From: Felis catus
Lineage: Eukaryota
NCBI RefSeq assembly: GCF_018350175.1
Contig: NC_058373.1
Location: forward strand, 104,038,001-104,102,000
DNA: 64,000 nucleotides
Direction of reading: 5' to 3'
Shown here: positions 12,085 through 24,192 of the stretch, piece by piece
Layout of the letters: each line of letters starts with the position of its first letter
Numbering within the stretch: position 1 is the first letter of the stretch
The notes under the pieces: model-generated
The model's database searches: none
What the model was told of the DNA's origin: nothing
Seen by the model: the letters and a program-made list of their open reading frames with translations, nothing else
Position numbers and translations under genes: made by a program

Positions 12085-12319
12085 GGGGCGCCTGGGTGGC
12101 GCAGTCGGTTAAGCGTCCGACTTCAGCCAGGTCACGATCTCACGGTCCGTGAGTTCGAGCCCCGCGTCAGGCTCTGGGCTGATGGCTCCGAGCCTGGAGC
12201 CTGTTTCCGATTCTGTGTCTCCCCCTCTCTCTGCCCCTCCCCCGTTCATGCTCTGTCTCTCTCTGTCCCAAAAATAAATAAACGTTAAAAAAATAAATAA
12301 ATAAATAAATAAATAAATA
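12085..12319 (+). mobile_element. Young feline Can-SINE with (AAAT)n tail
   Basis: TSD gagaagacgaaga. Confidence 0.95.
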
Positions 12320-12409
12320 GAGAAGACGAAGAGAGGGCAAAAAATAGAGAGAAGAGAGAGAGAGAAGTGATTAAAAGAGTTAAAAAATAAAAGTATCAGA
12401 GTTACGATG

Positions 12410-12700
12410 AGATATATGTGAAGCTCGAATTTTGGCTCTGTCTGAATTTTCTTAATTCTTAATTTCTGTTTCCACATCCGAGATGTTAAGGTAACAACTT
12501 TTTACCCTCCTCAGAGGGTTGCTAATGATTAATTGAAATAATGTGTGTCGGGGCACCTGGCTGGCTGAGTCAGTAGAGCATGCAACTCTTGATCTCAGGT
12601 GGTGAGTTCAAGCCCCACATTGGGTGCAGAGCTTCCTTAAAATAACACATGCCCGCTACAGAGCTTGTCCAAAGTAAGTGTTCAAATAACATTAGCTGTT
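12410..12700 (+). mobile_element. MIR interrupted by a short SINE
   Basis: MIR-like tctgtttccacatc...cctcagagggttgctaatgattaattgaaataatg...aagtaagtgttcaaataacattagct. Confidence 0.6.
12550..12643 (+). mobile_element. Short tRNA-like Can-SINE
   Basis: GGGGCACCTGGCTGGCTGAGTCAGTAGAGC head, B-box GAGTTCAAGCC. Confidence 0.85.
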
Positions 12701-13234
12701 GGTGTGGCTTCCCATTGCGTGCCACCTCCAGATGGCTCCCGGAGCAAAGCAGAGAAAGTTACAGTTGAGAATGGAGGCAACTGTTCCTGCTCTGAAGGGA
12801 ACACGGTGATGCTTACTGATGCTACCTTGCTCCCAGCCACAAATTAGGCAACATTCCCTTGCCTTTCCTCCTATCAAAAACTGGCCCTGTGAGCTTATTG
12901 CTGTAGGGCTATTGGTGAGAAAAAGTTTGCTTCAGGCACAGCTGTGGTGTGTGGACATCACCAGGGGCCTCCTCTCTTACAACTCCCTGGTCCTTGAGTC
13001 CTTCTAGACGTGATCCTGACACCGATGAGACTCTGGAGGAAGCTGTTCTCATCCTGCCCCTGACTCAGGTCTCAGGGCAATTGTTTCTTCGTTGCCTGAC
13101 CTTTTTTATCTAGATTCTGTTCCCTCGAGTTCTACAGAGGTGACTGAAGGCAAGGTGGCCACTGAATTCACAATGAAAGGGACGGTGACTTAATGTGTGA
13201 GCCCTCTCTCATCTGGTAAGTCTCTGCCTAAAGA

Positions 13235-13547
13235 AAGGGGGTGTTTCCCCGCTTCTAGGCCAATAGGTTTGAAGAGAAGTGATCAGTGTCACTTGTGGGC
13301 TGAACGTTGAATGGCTGACATAAAATCCCTAGAGGTCTTTTCTCCTCTGCATGTGACCAACAAGGTCCAAGATGGTGGCTGCTCCATCCCTGAATGACTA
13401 TCCCTGAATGACTGTCATGGGCGGACCTTTGCCCTGCTAACCTACATGGATGTGTAGCATTAAGTTAGAAATAATTAGTTGCTTTAAGCCCATGAGAATA
13501 TAGGGCAGTTTGTTATGTAGCATAAACAGCCTAGACTGACTGATACA
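13235..13547 (+). mobile_element. MaLR LTR (MLT1H-like)
   Basis: ccaagatggtggctgctccatc and terminal tttgttatgtagcataa...ctgactgataca; 14-bp tandem duplication tccctgaatgact inside. Confidence 0.7.
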
Positions 13548-13549
13548 CT

Positions 13550-13945
13550 AAATACAGTTAAGCACTTTTATGCATACACTACTCATCCTCCAAATAAATC
13601 TAGGAGACAGGTATTATTGTTATGCACCACCCCCCCCCCTTTTTTTGAGAGAGAGAATCAAAGAGAGAAGGAGGCAGAATCCCAAGCAGGCGCCACACCT
13701 TCAGCGCAGGGCCTGACTCAGGACTCAAACCCACGAACCGCGAGATCGTGACCTGAGCCGAAATCAAGAGTCGGACACTTGAGTCCCTGAGCCACCCAGG
13801 CGCCCTTGTTATGCCCATTTCAAGGATGAAAAAGCCTAGGCTGAGAGAAGTCAATTAAGTTGTCTCTGGCCACTGCAGATGGCTAAGGCAATTTTTTATT
13901 CCACATCTCTCTGGCTCCCAGTCCTGGCTCTTAATCAGCGCTCCA
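13550..13945 (-). mobile_element. MIR interrupted by a SINE
   Basis: cccatttcaaggatgaaaaagcctaggctgagagaag antisense MIR core. Confidence 0.6.
13640..13805 (-). mobile_element. Older Can-SINE
   Basis: Head and shortened body; TSD ttgttatgc. Confidence 0.88.
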
Positions 13946-15299
13946 CCTCTGTCCTTTCGGTCTAGGTGCTTTCTGAGCCAGGAGGAAAGTAACGCTTGTT
14001 ACACATTCTCCCCAAACACGTATTTACTTCATCTTGCCACCCACCACATAAGCTCAGATTTCCTGCCGTACTTAACATCCACATGTCAAGAAAGCAAAAT
14101 TCTGTTTCTGACAACCTACGGTAGCACCGTAAGTTATAGTTCAATGGCCGGCATTCTATCACTTTCCTGAAAATATGACCTGGCAAATATAACTTCTTCT
14201 CACAGCAAGCAGCCCTCAGCTAAGAAAATTAGTTTTATTAACCAAAAAATCATTCTTCGACTTGATGGCTGTGTAGCTGACCTTTGGCCTCCTGTAATAT
14301 AGCAATGTGTCTACCACAGTAAAAATGCCAGAGTAAGACAGGTCCCACAAAAGGCAATAAAGGAACAACATTCCAAAGACAAATGCACTTGAGACACATA
14401 TGACAGCCATGGGAAGGGAGAGTAATCAGTTATAAGAAATGACAGTGTTTTGGCAGCTTCAGCTACTTTAACTGACAGGACACATAAAACTAATGTAAAT
14501 TATTTTTTTTTCAAGAGCAAGTCAAAAGATTTTCAAATACGAATTGGAGTTAGTTTTGGAGTTTGATTTAAGTCTGCTGGGTATTCCTAGTTTTTCAATG
14601 CACCGAGGTCGGCATTTTCCCTGGTACAAGCATTAAAATCTGTCTTGTTTTACTAATTTTTCTTTGGTCATTTGATTTAATCTGGGTTTTATTTTGCTGT
14701 TAATCCTCTCAGATTGACTTTGCCCTTCCAATATTCTCTTTGAGGCGTATCCTCATCTGGGTGTGTGTTTACAGTTACGTGTAAATCCCCCGTGAATTTC
14801 ACTGGGGGTATAGAGGGCAGTCCATTGAAATAGCCACTGTTGCTTCAAATGCAACCTGTTCTAAAAAGATCGTGAGATATTCCAACTTTTGGACGTTTTA
14901 AACGGGGACCCTAAAATACTACCACGACTTACTTCTCAAATGCCTATAAAGGGCTCTCGGGGAGGCAGAAATGAAAGCCTTAAGCTACGTTCACATTTAT
15001 CCTGTGAATAGAAGGAAGAAACCAAACCAATAAACACACTGAGTACCCTCCTCCTGAGGGCATTTCTTCCCCTAGCGTATCACTTACTCATCACTACTCG
15101 CACTGGGCCGGGCGGGTTCTACTTTATTTGCCGCTCAGAGACGAGGGTATTGGGATTCTTGCTAAAGAACGGGACCTAAATCCAGGGGCTTTTGAAGTCT
15201 TCAGTGGCTTAATGTTCAAAACTTTACTTCCTCAAGATGAAGGTTCAGACACAATTTGGGTCAAAGGTTAAAGAAGTCTGCCATTCAGCGGACAGATAA

Positions 15300-16150
15300 G
15301 GGTTTTGAAGGTTGCCGCGGAGGCCGGGTGGCTGGGCCAGCCTGGGAAGCTAGAGGAGAAAGGAGACTCGGCCCCACCCTCGGCTATCTGCCTCTGGTTT
15401 CCTGAAGAACTAATGTTCATTACGTTCCTCTCCCTTGATAAAGAAGAAAGACTCACACCCACCAAGAAAAGTAAACCCTATGCTGGCAAAGTAGGTCAGC
15501 GTCGTGTGTCCCCGCTGACAGTTCTCTGCGGTGTGGGCTTCGCGATGAGTCACAGGTATTTAGGAAACTGTGCTTGATTAAACTTCCCCTTTGCCCCATC
15601 TGAAGGCTCTAGTGTCTCTTAGTCGGAGAGAGATGGAGTTGGCGGGTGTCTCTCTCGGAAGCCTCGTAAGTGAAGACAGCAGATCTGAGGTCTACCTGGG
15701 CGCCAGCTTGATTTGGAACCGAAGCATCAGAAACATATACGCCGCGTGCCGAGAGGCCGCTGTCACATGAAAGCGGCTTAGCAGCATGGGAACTTTATTT
15801 ATTTATTTTTTTACAACCCGTTTTAATGGGATTGGAGTCAGTGCTAAAAAATTGTACTCTCTGCTCTTAAAAACAGAAATGCAGACACATCGCCCCCAGA
15901 CTTCTGGTTCTGTCTCCAGACTCATCAATATGGCCATTTAGCGCTTCTGTGGCAATCAGAGAGCCACGGTAAGGATTTTCTCATTGAAGCAGTAAGACAA
16001 TAGCAGTCTTTGGATGTAGTTCTGGGGCGTCACAGGAGAGTGACGCACGGCTTATGGATGTCAGTGCAAATGCAAAAAGTAAACCTCCCCTATGCAAGCA
16101 GATGAGGTGGCATTCGTGACTCTCCCACGCACATGGCCTCAGACAAGTGT
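15300..16150. promoter_or_regulatory. CpG-enriched unique segment, candidate enhancer
   Basis: AP-1 TGAGTCA 15546-15552, M-box GTCACATGA 15762-15770, retained CpGs. Confidence 0.3.
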
Positions 16151-16205
16151 CCCCAGAGCCAGATTGTACTCACGGGGACAAGTGTACCCAGAGCAAGATT
16201 TTTGA

Positions 16206-16407
16206 GGGGCGCCCAGGTGGCTCAGTAGGGTGAGCATCCGACTCCTGATTTTGGCTCACGATTGTAAAATCAATCGTCCTGCATCGGGCTCTAGGGGGAC
16301 AGTGCAGAGCCTGCTTGGGATACTCTCTCTCTCTCTCTCTCTCTCTCTCAGTCCGCCCCTCCCTCACGCTCCCTCTCAAAATAAATAAATAAACATTAAA
16401 AAGAAAA
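16206..16407 (+). mobile_element. Older Can-SINE
   Basis: TSD aagatttttg. Confidence 0.9.
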
Positions 16408-16573
16408 AAGATTTTTGTAAAGGAGGACTTAATAATCGTTACAAAAGATTTCACGTGCGTGTTCCCATTGCTGGAGCCAGAGAATAAGAGCTAGGAATTC
16501 TTGGGTCTTGTGATTACATCCATTGCCAACTCACTGTGCACTTGAGCCTTATGTATTTTCCACTTCTGTTTTT

Positions 16574-16805
16574 CTTTTCTTTTTTTTTTTTAATTTGTTT
16601 AATGTTTATTTTTTTGAGAGACAGAGAGACACAGAGCACGAGTGGGGGAGGGGTAGAGAGAGAGAGACGGAGACAGAATCCGAAGCAGGCTCCAGGCTCT
16701 GAGCTGTTAGCACAGATCCCAGTGTGGGACTCAAACTCACAAACCGTGAGATCGTGACCTGAGCTGAAGTCGGATGCTTAACCCACTGAGCCACCCAGGC
16801 GCCCC
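16574..16805 (-). mobile_element. Feline Can-SINE, older subfamily
   Basis: Full element; degenerate TSD tccact(t/g)ct(g/a)ttttt. Confidence 0.93.
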
Positions 16806-17194
16806 TCCACTGCTATTTTTCATGACTGTACAGGAATATAGCTCTGCAATAAACCGATGGGGAGCGCTACCTTTTCCCTGCACATTAGCTAGCCTCTCGG
16901 AAGTAACTTTTTTGTGTGTCCTTGCCTGTTAGCACAGGTAGAAACCAGCGCAGGGCACGGCCAGGCTTGGAGTTGGCACCTAGAGGGAGCGGCTGTGTGA
17001 CCCGAGTCCCCACCTTCTCTTCTCATGAGCCCCCAAAGCTTTCTTGAGTTGTGTTAGAAAGACATGTGGCCATTGGTTAGAAGTGCTTCTGTCTTAAAAG
17101 AAAAATGCTCACCTCAAACCTCATTTGAGAGGGAAGCAAAGAGTAGGGACATGAAGGAAGCACTGGGTTAATTATCTGCACGCATTACTCTCAG

Positions 17195-17335
17195 CAGCCA
17201 CCCAGGACCAGGGCCCAGGGGCTTCACCAGCTCGTGGGTCATCTGGGCATGTTGTTAAATGCAGATTCTGATTCCCTGGGTCTGGGGTGGTCCTGAGATT
17301 CAGCATTTCTAGCAGGGTCTCAGGCGATGTGCGGT
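17195..17335. mobile_element. MER5A-like hAT-Charlie MITE
   Basis: tgttaaatgcagattctgattcc...ggtctggggtggtcctgagattcagcatttcta. Confidence 0.8.
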
Positions 17336-17354
17336 TGCGAGTAACAAAGAAACG

Positions 17355-17490
17355 ATATAATCTTGGCTCAAATCCTGGTACGAACAAATGTCATCATATG
17401 CAGCAGGCACTTAATCTAACCAAACTCCAGTGTTTTCTTCTGTTCTGGGTATTAACTATGATGGCATCTTGGAAATGCAGATGAGAAATG
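17355..17490 (+). mobile_element. MIR fragment
   Basis: ggctcaaatcctgg...aggcacttaatct...cagtgttttcttctgt. Confidence 0.45.
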
Positions 17491-17559
17491 ACAAGGGCTG
17501 GAAAGAAGGCCATGGTAATCGGGTGGACATAAGGGTAGATATAAGCCCCTGAGACCCCT

Positions 17560-18080
17560 AAGGAGGCCAAATTGATGGGATCGACTTAACTGCAGGAAGT
17601 GGGGTGCCGGAAAGAGTCAAGGATGCTCCCCGGGTTGTGGAAGTGGATGGGCAGGTGCACATGGTTGCCTGAAGACAGGGGAGCACACGGTGAGAGAGGG
17701 GAGAGGCCACACTGGGGAGAAATGACAAATACAATTTGGGGCACACTGAGCTGGGGATGGGGGCTGGAGACACAGGTTCGAAAGGGCTCACACGGGAGAC
17801 CAAATGGAGTGACCCGAAAGGAAAAGCCGGGAAGAAGCTGGCAAACGCTCGTGTTTGGGCATAAGTGGCAGAAGAATCTACAAAAGAGACGGAGAAAGAT
17901 GTGCCCACGGGTAGGAAGAAAGCCAGGAACGCGTGGCACCTTGTGCTGGGAGGCTGGGAAGGGTAACGCTGGCGAAGACGGAGTGAGTGGGAGAGGACGC
18001 CTGTTTGGGAGAGAAGATGGCAATTCTGAATTGGAGACACTGATTGTGAGATGTGGGACAGTGACCTGTGACTTTGCCAG
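17560..18080 (-). mobile_element. Decayed L2
   Basis: Purine-rich antisense L2 motifs (gagtcaaggatgctccc; cagtgacctgtgactttgccag). Confidence 0.55.
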
Positions 18081-18321
18081 GAGCTGCACCCGCAGAGGGG
18101 TGCCATGGGGGTCCAGCCCAAGCCGACCAGAGTGGGGAGGTGGTGAGTCACAATCAAGGTACACTGGGAACCGCACACAGAGGCCCTGCGATGGGGGGGT
18201 GGGGGGGTGGGGGAGTGGGGGCAGCCGGAGCGCGGGGTTTCACACAGGCTGACCCAGGCCAGTTTCCCAGTTTCCCCCACTTTTCGTTTTTAAAAGTTAG
18301 CAATTAGAAATGCTAAAAAAA

Positions 18322-18563
18322 GGGGCACCTGGGCGGCTCAGTCAGTTAAGCGTCTGACTTCGGCTCAGGTCATGATCTCACAGTTCGTGAGTTCGAGCCC
18401 CGCGTCGGGCTCTGTGCTGGCAGCTCAGAGCCTGGAGCCTGCTTCACATTCTGTGTCTCCCTCCCCCTCTCCCTCTCCCTCTCTCTCTCTCTCTGCCCCT
18501 ACCCTGCTCATGCTCTGTCTCTCTCTGTCTCAAAAATAAAGAAACATTAAAAAAATTTTTTTT
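18322..18563 (+). mobile_element. Feline Can-SINE
   Basis: TSD aaatgctaaaaa; expanded CT tract. Confidence 0.94.
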
Positions 18564-18729
18564 AAATGCTAAAAACAAATTCTCCATGAAGAAAATGTTT
18601 AAACCTTTCAATACAATATCATAAGTATTAGAGAGTGAAAGCATCAGCAGAAATTGGAAAGGAGCCTTTCAACCTAATTTCTGTAACAGCTGCCCCACTA
18701 GTTGAAAAGTTTAACAAAGCGAACTTTTT

Positions 18730-18954
18730 TTTTCTTTAATTTTTTTTCAACGTTTTTTATTTATTTTTGGGACAGAGAGAGACAGAGCATGAACGGGGGA
18801 GGGGCAGAGAGAGAGGGAGACACAGAATCGGAAACAGGCTCCAGGCTCTGAGCCATCAGCCCAGAGCCTGATGCGGGGCTCGAACTCACGGACCGCGAGA
18901 TCGTGACCTGGCTGAAGTCGGACGCTCAACCGACTGCGCCACCCAAGCACCCCC
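18730..18954 (-). mobile_element. Young feline Can-SINE
   Basis: TSD aaa(g/a)cgaactttt. Confidence 0.94.
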
Positions 18955-19558
18955 AAAACGAACTTTTTGTGAGCCAAATGGCACATAACTGACTGGAATA
19001 CTTTCTGACAGAGTTGGCCAAACTGACAGATGATTTTAAGAAGCGTGCATGTGCCCGAGGCCTTTGGTAAGCTCCTTTTGGTAGAGAGTTTTAGGGTGTC
19101 CCATCTACATTATCTCTGAGACACATCTGAGACAACAGGCTGTGTAGCCCTTTTGATTTTCCCTGATCTTGCAGTGACCAGAAAGCCAACATCAGAACTG
19201 AGATGTAGAAAGTTACGTAAAAATTCTAATGTGAGCCAAAACATGGTATGTGCCGGGGTCAAAATGAATAGCCAGGCTTGGGAATACGACCTTGTCTTGT
19301 TCATCTTGCCATCCCACACTTTAGCTAACCGAGGACCCAGCCCACAGAGACCCTTCACAAATGTTTGTGGAATGAAAGGCAACATAAAATATTGCATTTA
19401 GCAAGCCCCGCTCAAATCCCACTACTTCAGAGGGCTTTTCCTGACGAATCCCACTCTCAGAAGGCACTTTGTACTCGTGGATTTCTATATAAGCTTTTAA
19501 TCTTGCCATCTTGCAATTATTATTATTCATGTGTTGTTTTTAATTATTCTCTTATTAA

Positions 19559-19602
19559 TGTGTGTGTGTGTGTGCATGTGTGTGTGCACACGTGTGCGTG
19601 TG
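19559..19602. repeat. Imperfect (TG)n
   Basis: Directly visible. Confidence 0.85.
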
Positions 19603-20271
19603 CCTCACTTCTATTGACTACAGGTCCCTTCAGTCAGATCCTTTATGTTTTTTCTGTTTTGAATTCCCAAAGTGCCTTATACGGGTCTGGGCACTGCGGA
19701 TGCTTAAAAATACTTGTTGATGAAAAATCTCTCCTCTGCCTGGATTGCACGGTCAGATATTTTAATCACTACCAATAATTCTCCTGTCCTGAGTATGTAT
19801 GCTTTTCTACTTCACAGGGAAAAAATGAGAAATACTCAAGTGCTAAGATTTTGTAATCGAATGAATTTCTAAGATAACTAAGACTTGATTTTTCTCTAGA
19901 AGGTCAGTAGAGTCCTTATTTTTGGCCGCAAACTCTCACACACACCTAAAGGCTAACCTAGAGTTGATAATACATCGCATCCAAGCTGGGGCTCTCATAT
20001 ACCAAACACATAGTGCACTTCAATTCTGTAGATCAGTGATGCAAAAAAAAAAATACACTCCCTATTTCACATACAAACAAATATATCATGGGAAAGATCC
20101 AAAGCAGCGATTGTACAAACTAAATGAATTCTTTATGATTTACTAAAATTGGACATTTCACTGATGAGCATTCACTTCATCAAGATGCTTGATAGAAGCA
20201 GAAAGTTTTCCAAGTCAGAGAAGAACCAGTCCTGTTTGGCACAACAGTCAACATTAAAAAGGGCGAGATGC

Positions 20272-20482
20272 GGGGTGCCTGTGTGGCTCAGTCTATTGAG
20301 CTTCCAACTTTGGCTTAGGTCATGATCTCACGGTTTGGTTCGTGAGTTCGAGCCCCATGTCGGGCTCTCTGCTGTCAGCACAGAGCCTGCTTTGGATCCG
20401 CTGTCTCCCTCTCTCTCTGCCCCTTCCCTGCACGTGCTCTCTCTCTCTCTCAAAAATAAAATAAAAACTTTTTTTTTAAAAA
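20272..20482 (+). mobile_element. Feline Can-SINE, older subfamily
   Basis: Full element; degenerate TSD ending agatgc. Confidence 0.92.
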
Positions 20483-20612
20483 AGACTAGATGCTTCCTTT
20501 TCATATTTAGGGAAATGCAAACATCAAAAGGCAATCTCTTTTGATAACTATAATTACAGTCTTCATGTAGTATACAACTATAATATACACCTTTTATAGG
20601 CTTACCATAAAA

Positions 20613-20730
20613 TTCATCCATTCATTCATTCATTCATTCAACAAATATTTATTGAGCACCCACAAAAGGGGCTTAGGATATGTGAGAAAAGCAAACAAAA
20701 TCCCTGTCTTCAGCTACCGCATTCTGGTTT
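20613..20730 (-). mobile_element. L2 3' end
   Basis: (CATT)n followed by caacaaatatttattgagcacc. Confidence 0.8.
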
Positions 20731-20884
20731 AATAAAACAACATCAGCACAATGGCATTATATTTTGGAATTAAAAGAAATTGCTTAGGGTTTTTTTTCTG
20801 GAGAATATATTTAAAATTCAGAACAACACCATGGTCAATTGAGGTTATAATTGTCATTTTAAATAAAAATTTCTAAATAGTTTC

Positions 20885-21122
20885 TTTTTTTAATAATTTT
20901 TAAAAATTTAAAATTTTTAAAAAGTTTTATTTATTACTGAGAGAGAGAGAGAGAACACAAGGTGCGGAGGGACAGAGAGAGAGGGAGACACAGAATCGGA
21001 AGCAGGCTCCAGGCTCTGAGCTGTCAGCACAGAGCCCAATGGGGGGCTTGAACCCATGAACTGTGATATCACGACTTAAGCCGAAGTCGGGCACTTAACT
21101 GACCGAGCCACCCAGGCACCCC
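20885..21122 (-). mobile_element. Feline Can-SINE, older subfamily
   Basis: Full antisense element. Confidence 0.92.
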
Positions 21123-22771
21123 TGAAATACTTCCTTATTCAGTATTTTAAGTCCACCAAATAATAATTACATAAAAGAACCACTACCTAGTCTTACGGAT
21201 GAAGCCTATGGAGACTCAGGAAATACACATTTTTCTACGTTTTAAGCTTTTATGACAGAATACCTGGAGTCTTCTATAACATATAGCTTGATTACATGCC
21301 AGGTTAATTAAAGTAGAATCTTGTCTAAGATTGATCACAAAGAATTTACTTACAGGACTTCTATGATCTATTAAAAGTGAGTTTCAATTCAGGCTCCCCG
21401 GTTTTATTTTTATCTATGAAGCCACCGGGATGAGCAAAGTCTTCTAGTGCCAAGCCCTTAACTCTAGCTCAGCACAGATAGCTGTGTTTTGAAAAGAAGG
21501 CCATTTGAGTGATAGGTTCTTTTGGCCTACACGTTGACCTTATTGTTCTGTTTCCCAAAGCTGTTCATGTTGTGGTTATTGTAATAAAGCTCAGCTATTG
21601 AAAACCCGAGGCTACGCATCATAGCACGTGCTTATTGGATGACATGTTTATTATTTTTCTTTCCGCTGGTTTTATGGTACATTCCCACGGTGGCACATGA
21701 GTAACTATATATGTTTGTTTTTGAGGTGTGTGAGTTGGCTCAGAGAGCGACAGCAGTGCTAGCCTCACCTGTGGCTGTATGCTTATTAGAATTCCAAGAA
21801 CCGTAAAGGATCAAAGGTAGCCCCCGGTACCTTGGAGCAGCACGGCCCGAATTTCCTAGCCGAAGACTTTAATTCAAAGCTCATTTATTAGGAGGACTAC
21901 TAATTAGTTTGTCTCCTTCCTCGGTTACAAACGAGAACAGGCAACATGTTATGGGAATGCCAAGGTTCTAAACCGAGTCCCTGCAGCATTCCCTCGCAAC
22001 GCACCCTTTTCGAGAGACTAGATCCTTTAGACCCATTTATTCTGGCGAAAGAAAGTCCAATTTGTTGATTGCTGGGAGGAGAGAAAAGCCAACTCTATCG
22101 ATGACATTACCTACATGAGACCAGTTATCCCAGAAGAAAAAGAAATATGATTTTAACCTTTGCCCGAAAAATATGTTGTAGAAAACAGTTTGTCTCTCAA
22201 GTATCAAACATTAGCAAATCTGCTTGCTTCGTATTTTTGAGGTCTGCCACTCTGTCACATTCTTTTTTTCCCATTAGAAACCTTGGCTTTCTCATTGGTT
22301 CTTGATTAAAATTCCTTGGGTTGCCTCAAAGTGCAATCCCTTAGACAAATTTAGTTGCCTTTAAAAAACGCCAGCAATAGAAAGCCCAGTAGGAAAACAA
22401 GCATTATTCTAGAGAGCAGCAACCCTGGAAAGACAGTTTTGTTAGTGGAAACACATTAGTCTTTCACAAACTAAGCAACGATGATATTTACAGAGCAGTT
22501 TATAAAAGGTCAAATGCGCGTCTTCTGCCAAGGAGCGATGCTTCTCCCTGCAAAAAGGAGAGAGCAGGTTGTTCAAATTGGGGGTTCATGGGCATGTTTC
22601 CAGGATTCCAAGACTTTTAGGGTATTTAAAACATTTGTAATTGCTTTGTTTCACGAAAAGACCAAAGAGTTCAATGCTCCACCTTTTAGCAGTTACAAAG
22701 ACAGAACTTGTCTTTGCTGTGAGAATCCTGAACGGAAGGAGATAGCTATAGAATGAGATCTTAATTTTTAA

Positions 22772-22877
22772 GCCGGCGTTTCCCAAAGTGGACTCCACTG
22801 ATGTATTGCGCGTTGTGCGGAGATTAATCTACCATTTTAAGAGGGGTCCGGGCAATCTTCAAGTTTGAGAACCGGTG
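22772..22877. mobile_element. Small hAT-Charlie-type MITE remnant
   Basis: TIR-like ends gtttcccaaagt / aagtttgagaacc. Confidence 0.4.
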
Positions 22878-24192
22878 CTCGGCAGTGGGACCGGCTCCAC
22901 ACTGCAGAAAGGGCCGGCAAAGGTAGAGGGCGCCACCGTGAGGCTTCCATTTCAACGCTTGTCATTTCAATTGTGGTGGGTTAGAGATCACAGGGAAGCA
23001 GTGCTATCTGTTGAAGAGACATCAGACAGTGTAGTAAAAAGGGTAATCCATTTATTTTTAGAGAAGTTTTCCACTCAGAGATCATACACGCTGCAGATCA
23101 CAGAAACACATGCAAGCATGAAATTTAATTTTTAGGAACTCTTTCCCGGGGCTTCCACAGAAAGCGACAGTGAAAGGAAAATGATAATCATGACAAGGCA
23201 ATTATAGAAAGGTTTGGGGGAAATGAAAAACTTCGAGAACACGTCGTTAAAAATATTTTTTAATTAAAAAAATCACGCAAGCTGCATTATTTTAGCTCAA
23301 AAGAGCTAAATGAACATGGCAGAGACAATACTTTTAAACTTTAAAATAGTAAAAAAAAAAAAAAAAAAAAGAACGGTGTGCGTGTTTTTCTCCAACCCGA
23401 TTTTTTACCCCCGTGGTGATTCAGAATTTATAAACGTGATAAATATTGACTTATGAGGCTTCCAGCAGACGGAATGAAACATGCAGTAAAACAAAAGCAA
23501 TACATTTGTGCTTTCGGCATGAAATGAGTAAGAGATTAAGCTGAGGCTTCCCTAGATTATTAAGAGGGAACAAAGTGGATAATATTAGTGTTTATGCACA
23601 ACTGCATGCCATTTCCAGCAAATAAATATGGCAAATTAAGAAAGGAAACTCAACCATGATTCCCCCCCCCCCCAACCCCCACCCAGGGCGATAATTCCTT
23701 TTCCTGTAATTTTCCGGTTTTGAAAAACATTCCTGAAAAACAATAATAAAAAAAAGTTTATATTCTCTTTGAGTTTCCTGATACCCCTTTCAATGGCATG
23801 TCTTCAACCAAATACTCAGTGAACATTTGAGAATTAAGATTTGGCACACTGAACAGCACTGAGAAAGAATACCAGCACAGGAGAATACACATTTCCTGAG
23901 ATTCCCCAGCATTCAGGAGATACCGCCAACAGAAGATGGACTTTTTGAAACTTACACTCAGATCTTTCCCGGCAGCAATGGTGCATTGCAACAGAAATTC
24001 GAACTGTGGAAGAACTACTTTATGACCTGATATAATCACACCGGCACGAGTGTCTGTTCCTCCACAAAAAGATCTTTGGGAAGAACGTTTAGCTGAAATA
24101 TGGGCCAAAATGGTAATTTTTCCCTGCAAGTGTTAGTTGAAATAGCATGTGATGAAAGGATGAAAGCCCACTTACCGGTGTTTTGGTTTTGA

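Noticed and set aside
17558..18280. Longest ORFs in the track (240, 217, 196 aa)
   Set aside because: Overlap each other on both strands within a decayed L2 and a G-rich tract; no homology recognised
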